A stretch of 64,000 nucleotides of DNA from TPA_inf: Saccharomyces (lineage: Eukaryota): assembly GCA_000146045.2 (NCBI GenBank), contig BK006948.2:864001-928000 (forward strand), written 5' to 3'. Of this stretch, positions 1 through 10,742 are shown one piece after another (position 1 is the first letter of the stretch; each line of letters begins with the position of its first letter). A program made the translations under genes and the position numbers. Below the pieces are notes generated by a model, which had not been told where the DNA came from, did not search any database, and saw only the letters and a list, made by a program, of their open reading frames with translations.

Positions 1-1593
1 GTAATTGTTAAAACGAATAATGACGACGTATATTGGTCGTTTACTAAAGGTGCGCCCGAAGTTATTTCAGAAATATGTAATAAATCAACTTTACCTGCAG
101 ATTTTGAAGAAGTACTACGTTGTTACACTCATAACGGATATAGGGTTATTGCATGTGCTGGGAAGACACTTCCAAAAAGAACTTGGTTATATTCCCAAAA
201 AGTATCTAGGGAAGAGGTTGAGTCAAATTTGGAATTTTTAGGTTTCATTATCTTCCAAAATAAACTAAAAAAAGAGACCTCTGAAACTCTGAAAAGTTTA
301 CAAGATGCAAACATCAGGACGATAATGTGTACGGGTGATAACATACTTACTGCTATTTCCGTAGGTAGGGAAGCTGGTTTGATACAATGCTCTCGCGTTT
401 ATGTTCCATCCATTAATGATACACCCTTGCACGGTGAGCCCGTAATAGTATGGAGGGACGTCAATGAGCCAGATAAAATTTTGGATACCAAGACTTTGAA
501 ACCTGTCAAGCTGGGGAATAATAGTGTTGAAAGTCTACGTGAGTGTAACTATACTCTTGCAGTTAGCGGCGATGTATTTAGACTGTTGTTCAGAGATGAA
601 AACGAGATACCAGAGGAATACTTAAACGAGATTTTATTGAATTCATCAATCTACGCAAGAATGTCGCCTGATGAAAAGCATGAATTGATGATACAGCTGC
701 AGAAGCTAGATTATACAGTTGGGTTCTGTGGTGATGGTGCAAATGATTGTGGGGCACTCAAAGCGGCAGACGTAGGTATTTCCCTTTCGGAGGCTGAAGC
801 TTCAGTTGCTGCTCCGTTCACTTCAAAGATATTTAATATTAGCTGCGTACTTGATGTCATTAGGGAAGGGCGTGCTGCGTTAGTTACATCTTTTGCATGT
901 TTCCAGTACATGAGTTTGTACTCTGCCATCCAATTCATCACTATTACTATACTTTACAGCCGTGGTTCTAATTTGGGAGATTTCCAATTCCTGTACATTG
1001 ATTTATTGCTGATCGTTCCGATCGCAATTTGCATGTCATGGTCCAAATCCTATGAAAAGATAGATAAAAAGAGGCCTTCCGCTAACCTAGTTTCACCTAA
1101 GATTTTGGTTCCTCTTTTGATTAGCGTATTCTTGGTGTTTTTATTCCAGTTCATTCCATGGATAATCGTACAAAAGATGAGCTGGTACATCAAGCCAATC
1201 GTTGGGGGCGACGACGCCGTGCAATCTTCAGATAATACCGTATTGTTCTTCGTCTCAAATTTTCAATATATTTTGACTGCTATAGTTTTGTCTGTGGGTC
1301 CACCATATAGAGAGCCGATGTCAAAAAACTTTGAATTTATCGTTGATATCACTGTCTCTATCGGTGCAAGTCTACTGCTAATGACTTTGGATACAGAATC
1401 ATACCTTGGTAAGATGTTACAGCTGACCCCTATATCAAACAGTTTTACAATGTTTATCATTGTATGGGTGATATTAAATTACTATGCTCAACTGTATATA
1501 CCGCCATCGATAAAAGGTTGGTTAAAGAAAAAGAAGAGTAGCAAAAAGTATAAACTACTGATACAAGAAGAAATGAAATTAAAAGAAGTTTAA
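1..1593 (+). CDS. YPK9: P5B-type cation-transporting ATPase, C-terminal portion (5' end lies outside the window)
   Basis: Frame 1 is open from nt 1 with no stop until 1591-1593. The P-type ATPase hinge motif GDGANDCGALKAADVGIS is present, followed by hydrophobic C-terminal TM helices. Position is immediately upstream of YOR292C/RPS10A as in chrXV. Confidence 0.9.
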   Translation, partial: VIVKTNNDDVYWSFTKGAPEVISEICNKSTLPADFEEVLRCYTHNGYRVIACAGKTLPKRTWLYSQKVSREEVESNLEFLGFIIFQNKLKKETSETLKSLQDANIRTIMCTGDNILTAISVGREAGLIQCSRVYVPSINDTPLHGEPVIVWRDVNEPDKILDTKTLKPVKLGNNSVESLRECNYTLAVSGDVFRLLFRDENEIPEEYLNEILLNSSIYARMSPDEKHELMIQLQKLDYTVGFCGDGANDCGALKAADVGISLSEAEASVAAPFTSKIFNISCVLDVIREGRAALVTSFACFQYMSLYSAIQFITITILYSRGSNLGDFQFLYIDLLLIVPIAICMSWSKSYEKIDKKRPSANLVSPKILVPLLISVFLVFLFQFIPWIIVQKMSWYIKPIVGGDDAVQSSDNTVLFFVSNFQYILTAIVLSVGPPYREPMSKNFEFIVDITVSIGASLLLMTLDTESYLGKMLQLTPISNSFTMFIIVWVILNYYAQLYIPPSIKGWLKKKKSSKKYKLLIQEEMKLKEV

Positions 1594-1652
1594 AGCAAAG
1601 ATTTTTATCTATGTATGTGTACAAGTACCATGTTCTATAATTAAAATTATTA

Positions 1653-2582
1653 CTATTTAGACGCATTTCTCATCGAAAGGAAGCAATTCCATACCACTCC
1701 AACTGAAGAGCTAAAAGGTGCTTGGAAATCTCTAGGCATTATAAGGAAATTAATGAATTGTACCATTGGCCACACCAGATAGTTACAACCAAGCGTAGAT
1801 ATATATAGCCTTTGGATTTTCTTGCCAAGGGTGTCCTTATCTCCACCTTCCATCACATAGTTTGAGAACATAAAGAAACAATAGAGAGAGATTGGCGAAT
1901 AAAGGAGCTGATCCGAAAGAACCCTTTCAAAAACCTGTACCACTGTCGGATCTTCAGTGTAAAAGAAATTCAAGAACTTGTACCAAGGAGCCTGGAAAAA
2001 TGATATAAAAAATCCCCAGAACATAAAACACCCCCACCTGAAGAAGTCAAATGTGTCCGTTTTGAAAGTAGCTAATGGCCTATCAAGTTCAGGATAGTCG
2101 TCGTTATCCGTGTAGGAGCTATGTTCCGAGGTAAAATCATTGAAGATAGATAGCTCATCACTTTCATAACCTCCTCCATTTTCTACATCACGGTTGTTCT
2201 GAACATGATGAAAGGTATCGTTAAGTATTTGCGGTATAGGGTCCACGTGATATGAATAAAAGCAGGCTATACTTTGTGCTAGTATGTCAGATATCCCAAA
2301 TAAAAGAATGTTCGTGCATAAAGTTGCAAAAACAGCAGAATTAGCATACAGCTGTCTATAATGACTGGTAAATTTCCATAGGCTAGTAACCCATATGACT
2401 AACAGCAACCAGTGCGTAAGTGTTATACGTTGTATTCGCTTGTTCATTAACGTTCTTAATGCTGCTGCTGCCCTTCTTGTCCAAGATCCGAGAACACTTT
2501 GGTGATTCTGGTCATCGTTACTCATGTTGCCGTTATCATAATGTACAACGATCTGATCCCTGCCAAAAAGTTGAAGAGGCAT
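1653..2582 (-). CDS. YOR292C: Mpv17/PMP22-family integral membrane protein, 309 aa (vacuolar membrane protein of unknown function)
   Basis: 309-aa ORF with several hydrophobic helices. Its length and position between YPK9 and RPS10A match YOR292C. Confidence 0.85.
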   Translation of the reverse strand: MPLQLFGRDQIVVHYDNGNMSNDDQNHQSVLGSWTRRAAAALRTLMNKRIQRITLTHWLLLVIWVTSLWKFTSHYRQLYANSAVFATLCTNILLFGISDILAQSIACFYSYHVDPIPQILNDTFHHVQNNRDVENGGGYESDELSIFNDFTSEHSSYTDNDDYPELDRPLATFKTDTFDFFRWGCFMFWGFFISFFQAPWYKFLNFFYTEDPTVVQVFERVLSDQLLYSPISLYCFFMFSNYVMEGGDKDTLGKKIQRLYISTLGCNYLVWPMVQFINFLIMPRDFQAPFSSSVGVVWNCFLSMRNASK

Positions 2583-2757
2583 CTACAGAATTGAAAAAAC
2601 TTTCGAAATATATACTCTGAGTTCTTGCTCCCCGTTTTGTACGATGTTCCTAATGCAAACACACGTCCTTTAAAGATCCCCTGATAGGTTTCATTAAAGG
2701 CAACTTCCATACACGTTGAAGTGCCAATTTTTTCCCTACATCCAAGCATTCTGGGTT

Positions 2758-2768
2758 TGTATGGGTGT
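2758..2768 (-). promoter_or_regulatory. Rap1 binding site (ACACCCATACA) in RPS10A promoter
   Basis: Plus-strand tgtatgggtgt is the reverse complement of the Rap1 consensus ACACCCATACA. It lies about 330 bp upstream of the RPS10A ATG. A GC-rich block follows at 2840-2960. Confidence 0.55.
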
Positions 2769-3097
2769 TACACCGGTTTTTCTTTTTTATTTCCAGAGAA
2801 GTACAATTTTAGGCGGGTTTCAAATTTCCCCTGTGTGCGAGAAACGCTCCGGTACGCCTAGGCTCACTCCGGTCCTTCTCCCCATTTCTATCAGCGCGAT
2901 AGGCATACTGTGGGAGAGCGGCACTAGGGAGACCGGTGGGAAGCACCGTATCTAGTAACGCACGCTCTTTTGCAAAAATATCCATTAATTGCATGTAACT
3001 TAGATTAACACTGGTATTAAGATTTCGCAATTTTGGGCTGGATTATTAAGGTCGAGTAGCAAAGTTTAGCAAGAACAGTACGAACTAAGTAGCCAAG

Positions 3098-3852
3098 ATG
3101 TTGATGCCAAAGGAAGACAGAAACAAGATCCACCAATACTTATTCCAAGGTATGTTTTAGAATAACTTTCAGAAAGCATGAAGATACACGGAAAGTCAAG
3201 CGAGGGAAGTTATGCGTATACACAGTAGCGGTAGTGTGCATTCACATACACGATGTTTCAAACACACAGATGGATACCATGCATATGAGGTTAAAGGATT
3301 TCTTATGAATATATTAGTGGATTACATAGAAGAAATTACAAGGAACCGTGTGACGACATTTTCGAAAGGACAGCACAAGGCCATCGACCCTGGAGACGTA
3401 TGAAATATGGTATACGTCCTATATTTGGGCAAGAAAACGGTAAAACTGTTTTACGCGGAGATCCAACTTTTGATCCTTACCGAGTACCACGAATCATCTA
3501 TATGATCTTTTTACTAACTTATCTTCAATTTCAACGGAGAGATGTAAACATCATTCTCTCCTATGATAATTTCTTTTTTTATACAGAAGGTGTTGTTGTC
3601 GCCAAGAAGGATTTCAACCAAGCCAAGCACGAAGAAATTGACACCAAGAACTTGTATGTCATTAAGGCTTTACAATCCTTGACTTCTAAGGGTTACGTCA
3701 AGACTCAATTCTCATGGCAATACTACTACTACACCTTGACTGAAGAAGGTGTTGAATACTTGAGAGAATACTTGAACTTGCCAGAACACATTGTTCCAGG
3801 TACCTACATTCAAGAAAGAAACCCAACTCAAAGACCACAAAGAAGATATTAA
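3098..3852 (+). CDS. RPS10A: 40S ribosomal protein S10 (eS10); CDS = join(3098..3149,3587..3852), 105 aa
   Basis: Exon 1 ATGTTGATGCCAAAGGAAGACAGAAACAAGATCCACCAATACTTATTCCAAG runs to the GTATGT donor at 3150. Branchpoint TACTAAC lies near 3506-3512 and the acceptor ...ATACAG ends at 3586. The spliced product MLMPKEDRNKIHQYLFQEGVVVAKKDF...RPQRRY is the eS10 sequence. Confidence 0.93.
3150..3586 (+). other. RPS10A: spliceosomal intron of RPS10A (GTATGT...TACTAAC...CAG)
   Basis: Canonical yeast 5' splice site, branchpoint and 3' AG are visible. Exon phase joins G + AA to give GAA (Glu). Confidence 0.9.
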
Positions 3853-4202
3853 GGAATTCGTAGCTCCAATTGAATTTTCTCTTTTGTAACATTCTTCTGG
3901 TTCTATATATCTAGGTTTATATTTTGATGTGTTGTACTTTCAATTACATTGAACTTATGTATATTTTTTAATTAATAAAGTGAAATCAAAAGCAAAGTCA
4001 AGGTTGCCGAGTAAACGGTTTGTATGGTATTTCTGTCGTATATAGCAGATAATCACCATATATATATATATACCATGGTGATAGTCTGTAGCTTTTACAA
4101 TGCAAATGGCGGCGCACGACTATAATATTCAGAAATAGTAATTTCATCATCTTTTGCTTCTCTTGCCGAAATAGATACTTTTTTCGCGATCACCCTACGC
4201 AT

Positions 4203-4229
4203 AAAAATTTTTCCAAGTGATGAGATGAG
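4203..4229 (+). promoter_or_regulatory. Ribi-regulon motifs: RRPE (AAAAATTTTT) + PAC-like (GTGATGAGATGAG) upstream of RRS1
   Basis: aaaaatttttccaagtgatgagatgag lies about 110-135 bp upstream of the RRS1 ATG. This is the classic RRPE/PAC pairing found at ribosome-biogenesis genes. Confidence 0.55.
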
Positions 4230-4339
4230 CCTTTAACAAAAAAAGTGCAGTTTGATTTCAGAAGGGTCGTTTCTTAGTGTACTTTATATCATCGACTAAG
4301 CCGTATATCCAGACAGCATATACCTATATACTATTCTAG

Positions 4340-4951
4340 ATGTCAGCAGAAGATTACAAGAACTTACCAGTCACCGTTGAAAAGCCTATCCCAGTGGTAT
4401 ACGATTTGGGTAACCTGGCAGCATTCGATAGTAATGTCTTGGATAAAAACGATTTAGATTCTTCGAATGCTAGGCGTGAAGAAAAGATAAAGAGTCTTAC
4501 TCGTGATAATGTTCAGTTACTAATCAATCAACTATTATCACTACCTATGAAAACAACAACGGAGTCTGTAGGTGGCACCGGCGGTCAAAGTTCCGTGATG
4601 ACCTTGTTGCAGCTTCCTGACCCTACCACTGACTTACCAAGAGAAAAGCCACTGCCAAAGGCTAAGGCTATGACCAAATGGGAGAAGTTTGCAGCTAAGA
4701 AGGGTATTAAACCAAAGGAAAGGGCAGGAAAGATGATTTATGATGAGGCATCCGGTGAATGGGTTCCAAAGTGGGGCTACAAGGGCGCAAATAAGAAGTT
4801 AGATGATCAATGGTTGGTGGAAGTTGATGATAAAGTAAAAGGCACTGACAATGAATTGATCGATCCAAGAACTTTGAATAGGGCAGAAAGAAAACGTTTA
4901 GTCAAGAAGAACGAAAAACAACAAAGGAGAAATATGAAGAATGCCTTATGA
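4340..4951 (+). CDS. RRS1: Regulator of ribosome synthesis / 60S biogenesis factor, 203 aa
   Basis: 203-aa ORF MSAEDYKNLPVTVEKPIP... with a basic C-terminus. The promoter carries RRPE and PAC-like motifs. Position matches YOR294W. Confidence 0.93.
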   Translation: MSAEDYKNLPVTVEKPIPVVYDLGNLAAFDSNVLDKNDLDSSNARREEKIKSLTRDNVQLLINQLLSLPMKTTTESVGGTGGQSSVMTLLQLPDPTTDLPREKPLPKAKAMTKWEKFAAKKGIKPKERAGKMIYDEASGEWVPKWGYKGANKKLDDQWLVEVDDKVKGTDNELIDPRTLNRAERKRLVKKNEKQQRRNMKNAL

Positions 4952-5207
4952 TAGTGAAAGACGTTGTTGCTTCCTACTTGCGTCCCCAATCGATCCGCTA
5001 ACCTTTTTTTTAACTACAGCATAACCTCACATCTACGTATCCTTACATCTATAATATTTTTAAATAATTGTAAATTAGAAAAACATCAAAATTCCGTTCT
5101 ATATTTTGATACATTTTTTTGCAGTAGTCCAAGATGAGATCAGAATAAGATAGGTGAAAATTTTAACAAGTACTAAAGCGTTCGTTGACAGCTTTCTTTG
5201 CGTTGCC

Positions 5208-5894
5208 ATGGCTGAATTAAACGATTATAGTACGATGATCGATATTCTTCTCTCTGATATGGATTTGGAAACGGTCACAACTAAAAAGGTTAGGATGGCT
5301 TTGAAAGAAGTATATGCAATCGACGTTGAATCACAGGGAAAAGCAATTAACAAATTGATTAGGAAACATCTAGATCTTGTAAAAGAAAGGCCGCGCTTCG
5401 AAAGATCTCTTGAGGATCTGCTAAAGGAAAATGCTACTTTGGCGATTGAGCTCACCAAGGAAATTACCGTAAGCAAACGATCATCTGGAGAGGAAAAGAA
5501 CGATAGCGAAACCAAAGGTACTCATGTTGAGAAGAAAAAAGGGACTGTTAGTAAGTCACCTATTTCAACACGAAAAGTTACACTATCTAAATCATTAGCG
5601 AGTTTGCTAGGAGAGCATGAATTGACGAGGACCGAAGTAGTACGACGACTCTGGGCATATATTAAAGCGCATAATCTGCAGAATCCTAACAACAAGAAAG
5701 AAATACTGTGCGACGAAAAATTAGAATTAATACTTGGCAAGAGTACCAATATGTTTGAGATGCACAAAATTTTGGCAAGTCATATGACAGAGCCTAAAAA
5801 AATAAGCGACTGTCCTCCTCTTATCCAAGAAGTCCGTAGAAAGGAAAAGCCCATCGTTTCAGATTCCGAGCAATCAGATACAAAGGGCATTTGA
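5208..5894 (+). CDS. UAF30: RNA polymerase I upstream activation factor subunit (DEK-C + SWIB/MDM2 domains), 228 aa
   Basis: The track ORF 5154..5894 begins upstream. The first in-frame ATG at 5208 gives MAELNDYSTMIDILLSDMDLETV... of 228 aa, matching UAF30. A SWIB-like region (ELTRTEVVRRLWAYIKAHNLQ) is present. Confidence 0.88.
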   Translation: MAELNDYSTMIDILLSDMDLETVTTKKVRMALKEVYAIDVESQGKAINKLIRKHLDLVKERPRFERSLEDLLKENATLAIELTKEITVSKRSSGEEKNDSETKGTHVEKKKGTVSKSPISTRKVTLSKSLASLLGEHELTRTEVVRRLWAYIKAHNLQNPNNKKEILCDEKLELILGKSTNMFEMHKILASHMTEPKKISDCPPLIQEVRRKEKPIVSDSEQSDTKGI

Positions 5895-6201
5895 ATCAAG
5901 GATATCATGAAAATTTCAAGGCGTTGAAATTTGTGTTGTTAAGGCAACACTATAGGAATGAAAAATGGCCTCTCTATTATAAAGTCCTTTTGCCTTATTT
6001 TTTCGGTAGCTGCCTACAATTTGTAACGTTAACATTCCCGGGTGAAAAGATACATGAGTATGTAGAGATTTGTATATATATACCTACGTAGAAAATAGAA
6101 AGGCGAATAGCTCTGCTCCTAGTTGAATATTAGTAGCGTTCTCACATCATTAAGAGGATAAGCCGGCATTTTATAGGGCTTTTGCAGCTAGTGTGAAACT
6201 T

Positions 6202-9200
6202 ATGAATCGAACAGTCTCCACATTATCATCTACTGTATCTGATGTATCCGTGGAAATACCGTCAATATGCAACGTCATTAATACCGAATTACCAACATCA
6301 GATGTCTATCTTTACACTTTAAAACTAATTTTGTTGGATTATATCAACGAACCGCGATTTAAAGAAGCAGCTTTGCTATCGAATAGGACAGGAACGTCAA
6401 GGGTTTTATCTGACAAAACGAATCATCAGCAAACGCAACATGGGAAGAAACTAGTGGTTGACAAACAAGACGATATGTCGGAACGCGATATAGTACAGGC
6501 AACTTTACGTATATTAAAAGGGAAGTTGGCACAAATTTCAGGAAATAAAAACTTGGCGCCGAATGAGATGCATTGGAAAAGTATTGTTAAGATGTATTAT
6601 AGCATGCTCGATTCTTCTAGTGCAGATACATTTTCCAAGATGGGTCAAATGGAGGAGGTGGTCGGTTATTTCACAAATATTGCCAGTAATGAACTAAAGA
6701 AAATGACTATTAAAAATTCTCGTGACGAGCTGTTCAGTGAAGTTGCTTATTTTATAGACCTAGTAATTGATGTACTTCCAGATAGTTGTGCAAATATCAT
6801 AAAGAGACTGCTTGATTATAAGATTAATCTTAAAAAAGGCGAGACAACAGTAAAGAAGAAAAGAGCCGCCTCACCTGCCACAGTCCCTCAATATAGAAGC
6901 ATTTCCGGGAGCACGATTAGCAATAAGCAACCCTCTTTCAAAGTCCAAGATATTTCACATATGAAGTATTTTATGCAGTTATTCGAAACAGATGAAACAA
7001 AGCTTCACCAAGACGTAATGGCTGTTAAGGACGATTGTACAAATCCCATATTTTGCGGTGAACTAAGATATCTTAGGAAAAAAATCAAGAAAGACAACGG
7101 TACTTTGACGGCTTCTGATTTTTCAAGTGACAGAGAATACAATTTATGGAAGAATTATGAACTTCTTGAAATTGCAAATTTAATGGATCGATTTGAGATA
7201 GGCGAAAAGGTTACCTCTCACGGAAACCGTCTTATACCCAAGGATGCAAAAAGCGTATTTGTCCGTCTCATAGGCCTTGTTTTAAAAAAAGAGTGTTCTA
7301 ATGCTGTAAATGCCATAAATCTTTCTCAAGAAGCTCTATTCTTCTTTCATAAATCAGCGAGGTATTGGAGAATAGAATATCCTTCCACCATCTCCTCGTT
7401 GGTTTATTCAGCAGCAAATTTAAGTGTTCTAGGAGATGAAGAGCTAAATATCCCAATAACTGAAAACTTGTTTTCTGTCATCCGCAATAAATATTTATGT
7501 TCAGAGGATAATCTGGATCCATCCGCTTGGAATGCTCAGGATCGCTATTTATGGGCTGCAAACCTTTTTCATACGACTGATCAGTCTATGAGGACAATAA
7601 ATAACCTTTTAACTGCGATATTTTCAGGTACAAAGCCAAAATTTTCTCCAGTTTTGTCATTTTATTATTCAAACATTGTTGGGGATCCAGTAATGGAATT
7701 CTATGAAACGCAGTCCGTAGCTGTAAAGAAATACTGGATCAAATTATTTAAGAAGACTCTTTTTAAAGCATCAGAGGATTATTTTGTCTCCCTTCTGCAG
7801 GATATGCTAAAGGCTAACGCAATAGAAATTCAAAACGTTCAGAATCTCGTAGAAACAATTATAGAAGCCATAAAAGCGATTCAAAAACGTTACAATAAAC
7901 CTTTATTGGACGAAATATCTCTGCCTAGACAATGCGCAGTATTTCTATGTGAAGTATACGGTTCGGATTCTTTAAATCTAATAAAAACCGCTGAAAAGAG
8001 TACCATGAAAATGACTGGACAAAAGTTGGGTCCAATAGATGCGCTAGATATGTATGATGTACTGAAAGAACTGAGACAGATTTACCTGCAGGTAAAGCCA
8101 AAAGGGAAATTTTTCTTTAACCTTGAAAATTATTTCATCAAATATTTGACTCGATTATGTGATGATGTGAGCCGTAATGTTCAAAAAGTTATTAAATCTT
8201 CACTAGAAAGCGAGAATTGGCAACCCGTAAATGACCAGGACCATTTCAGTAGATCAGTTTTGGACATATTCAAAATGATAAATGAATCAACTAGCATGTT
8301 GGAGAAATTTGGTTGGCAAAATGAATTTCAACTGGCACAAATGATCACGGTAATATTAAAGGCGTTTTCAGATGGTATGCTTTCATACTCAGCTCAACTA
8401 ATGGAATTGATCCAGAGAGATTTACAGGAGGGTGATGAACCATCCTACTCTTTAGAAAGCTCAGACACTCGATCTTCACTTAGCCTGAATAACGCTAACG
8501 TAAATCATGAAAAATCAAGAAGTAGTAGGCTGTTTGAAGATTTGAAAAATGTAGTTAAATCAACTCCGAAGATGGTAGCTCCTGCTCCATATCAGTTCAA
8601 GAAGCGTACGTGCGTACTGCTAAATGATCTTGATAAAACACTTTTTCTGTTAGAGAGCTTCGAAGAAAAAGCAGATCCATCAAAAATATCCTCTGTTATT
8701 GCACAGTACCACTCCTCCCATAATTTAGAGGATAATGGGAAGTCATTCGATGACCAGAATATGAAGCAAGTTTATACCCTTCGAATTATCGGTGCTGAAA
8801 ATATTAAAGGCTTCAGCAAAACGGGGCTTTCAAACACCTACGTTTCCATGAGAAACATCACTTTACAACGGGAAATAGGTACTACTAAGATTGTTGCAAG
8901 ATCGATTACTCCCAAATGGGACGAAGAGTTTGTGTTTGAGTCTCCATTCGGAAAGTCGAACGATATTATGTTTACTATATGGCACCACCCACACAGCAGA
9001 TTAAAGAATTTAGCGGAAGATGATCTATGTGGAAAAGCCAATATGAAATTCACTCCGAGAAAGCTCAAGGATGATGGGTTTCCTATCGATTTTTCGCTCA
9101 CATTGAATCCGCAGGGAACTTTATATTGCCAAATATCCCTGGAAAGTGAGAAAATAGATGCCGTTTCTTCTATGGGAAGAATATATAGATCTTTTAGCAG

Positions 9201-10071
9201 GTCAAGAGATCGTGCAATAAACCTAATAGTCAACAAATTTTCTGATTTTATTGCATTTGCCTTCTCGAGAACCACATTAAAAACAGTGTGTGGTCACCAT
9301 GGTTCTGCACTTGCGTCTGACGAAGCAGTATATGACGCAATTTTACCACTATTTGACTATTTAAACGCAAATTTGAACATTCTGGCATCAGAACTTTCAC
9401 AGAGATTGTTGTTTATGGTAATGCTAAGAGCGTGGAACCTCGTTTTAGAGAACGCTGATTTACTTCTTCTACCTGCATTGAATAGCGCTAAAGTTAATAT
9501 ATTGCGTTCAGCAAAGAAATCTTTGTGGGAAAATACTCTTTCAACCACAAAAACGGTATCAGGATACGGTCGTCCTTTGACTCAAGCGGAAATCGAGGCT
9601 GTATTCAAATGGCTTGATGCGCTGTGTGTAGATTTTTTTCATAATAAAGGAGAAGGTCCCCCTCTTGCAGAATTGAAAAATGAGTATTACCAAAATATAT
9701 TGCTGATCCCAGCTTTTTATGATAAAAGTGTCTCCGAATTGAAGGATGAAGTTCAGCGATTGATTCCCCTATATGAAGAGTATTTGAGATGGTTTTATCT
9801 GAAGAAAACTCCGATTACTTTTACGAATAAATCCGCTGGAACAATATCTCGAAAAAAGTCGCTAGTAGCTAACATTGTAAAAGAGCCTAAGGAACAACTG
9901 GAACGTGATGCAGAAGTAATGAATATTATATTGAGAATATTGATCGCGAAAGGCCAACATGATTACGTTCATCGAATTTTACATGACAGAAAAGAACTTG
10001 TTAATACTATGAAAAATAGAAGAGCGGTGAGTAGAGCGGTCACTCCTACAGGAAAAAAGGGCAGAAACTGA
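6202..10071 (+). CDS. YOR296W: Large uncharacterised protein with a central C2 domain and flanking Munc13-homology-like regions, 1289 aa
   Basis: The track ORF starts at GTG 6193. The first ATG at 6202 gives MNRTVSTLSS... of 1289 aa. C2-like core: YTLRIIGAENIKGF...TPKWDEEFVFESP. Confidence 0.9.
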   Translation: MNRTVSTLSSTVSDVSVEIPSICNVINTELPTSDVYLYTLKLILLDYINEPRFKEAALLSNRTGTSRVLSDKTNHQQTQHGKKLVVDKQDDMSERDIVQATLRILKGKLAQISGNKNLAPNEMHWKSIVKMYYSMLDSSSADTFSKMGQMEEVVGYFTNIASNELKKMTIKNSRDELFSEVAYFIDLVIDVLPDSCANIIKRLLDYKINLKKGETTVKKKRAASPATVPQYRSISGSTISNKQPSFKVQDISHMKYFMQLFETDETKLHQDVMAVKDDCTNPIFCGELRYLRKKIKKDNGTLTASDFSSDREYNLWKNYELLEIANLMDRFEIGEKVTSHGNRLIPKDAKSVFVRLIGLVLKKECSNAVNAINLSQEALFFFHKSARYWRIEYPSTISSLVYSAANLSVLGDEELNIPITENLFSVIRNKYLCSEDNLDPSAWNAQDRYLWAANLFHTTDQSMRTINNLLTAIFSGTKPKFSPVLSFYYSNIVGDPVMEFYETQSVAVKKYWIKLFKKTLFKASEDYFVSLLQDMLKANAIEIQNVQNLVETIIEAIKAIQKRYNKPLLDEISLPRQCAVFLCEVYGSDSLNLIKTAEKSTMKMTGQKLGPIDALDMYDVLKELRQIYLQVKPKGKFFFNLENYFIKYLTRLCDDVSRNVQKVIKSSLESENWQPVNDQDHFSRSVLDIFKMINESTSMLEKFGWQNEFQLAQMITVILKAFSDGMLSYSAQLMELIQRDLQEGDEPSYSLESSDTRSSLSLNNANVNHEKSRSSRLFEDLKNVVKSTPKMVAPAPYQFKKRTCVLLNDLDKTLFLLESFEEKADPSKISSVIAQYHSSHNLEDNGKSFDDQNMKQVYTLRIIGAENIKGFSKTGLSNTYVSMRNITLQREIGTTKIVARSITPKWDEEFVFESPFGKSNDIMFTIWHHPHSRLKNLAEDDLCGKANMKFTPRKLKDDGFPIDFSLTLNPQGTLYCQISLESEKIDAVSSMGRIYRSFSRSRDRAINLIVNKFSDFIAFAFSRTTLKTVCGHHGSALASDEAVYDAILPLFDYLNANLNILASELSQRLLFMVMLRAWNLVLENADLLLLPALNSAKVNILRSAKKSLWENTLSTTKTVSGYGRPLTQAEIEAVFKWLDALCVDFFHNKGEGPPLAELKNEYYQNILLIPAFYDKSVSELKDEVQRLIPLYEEYLRWFYLKKTPITFTNKSAGTISRKKSLVANIVKEPKEQLERDAEVMNIILRILIAKGQHDYVHRILHDRKELVNTMKNRRAVSRAVTPTGKKGRN

Positions 10072-10742
10072 AGTCTCTTTTATATATATACATGGGGTGC
10101 TGACTAAACAGTTCCACCCTATATTTGAGCGTCGATAAAAAATGAATGAACGTGTATCATCGTTTATTATAAGAATCATAGTTTTATGGACAAGTTTTCC
10201 GTTTAGCATTTATACCCATATAGTAAAAAGTTTCGCAGATAGTGCGATAGTTGTATTCTGATTGCCTTATTATTATTTCACTAATTCTTTATTCACGTAG
10301 AGCATGACACTTTTTTTATGTGTTTCCTTTTGATTGTGAAATAAAGGCGAATCCTAACAAATATTAAAATGTTTCAATACATTGATAAAAATTGTAAACA
10401 TTATTTTTTTGTAGTATAAAAATTCGTTCCTCATCATTAAAGAAACAAAAAGCATACAGATAATAATAAAAAAGGCACTTTAGACAGAATGAGAATACTA
10501 GCAATCACGAATTCCTACTTTTCCTTTCTGTATCCCTAGGCGTTTCACTCGACAAGAATTGATCGTCTTGTACCAATCCAAGCAGATCGATATATACATA
10601 TATATCTGGATTTCGAGAAGAAGGATATATTTTATTGCTTATTTGTCTTTTTATAAAATCTCTCCTAAGTTAAGTTCATGGGGAATCTGACTCTAAAAAT
10701 GAAATCTTAGAAATGCAAAAAAAAAGAAAAAGTATGGGTGAG

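Noticed and set aside
10320-10420. AT-rich stretch between the convergent YOR296W and TIM18 3' ends with partial ACS-like words (aaacattatt)
   Set aside because: No 11/11 or 10/11 ACS match. Typical AT-rich terminator region.
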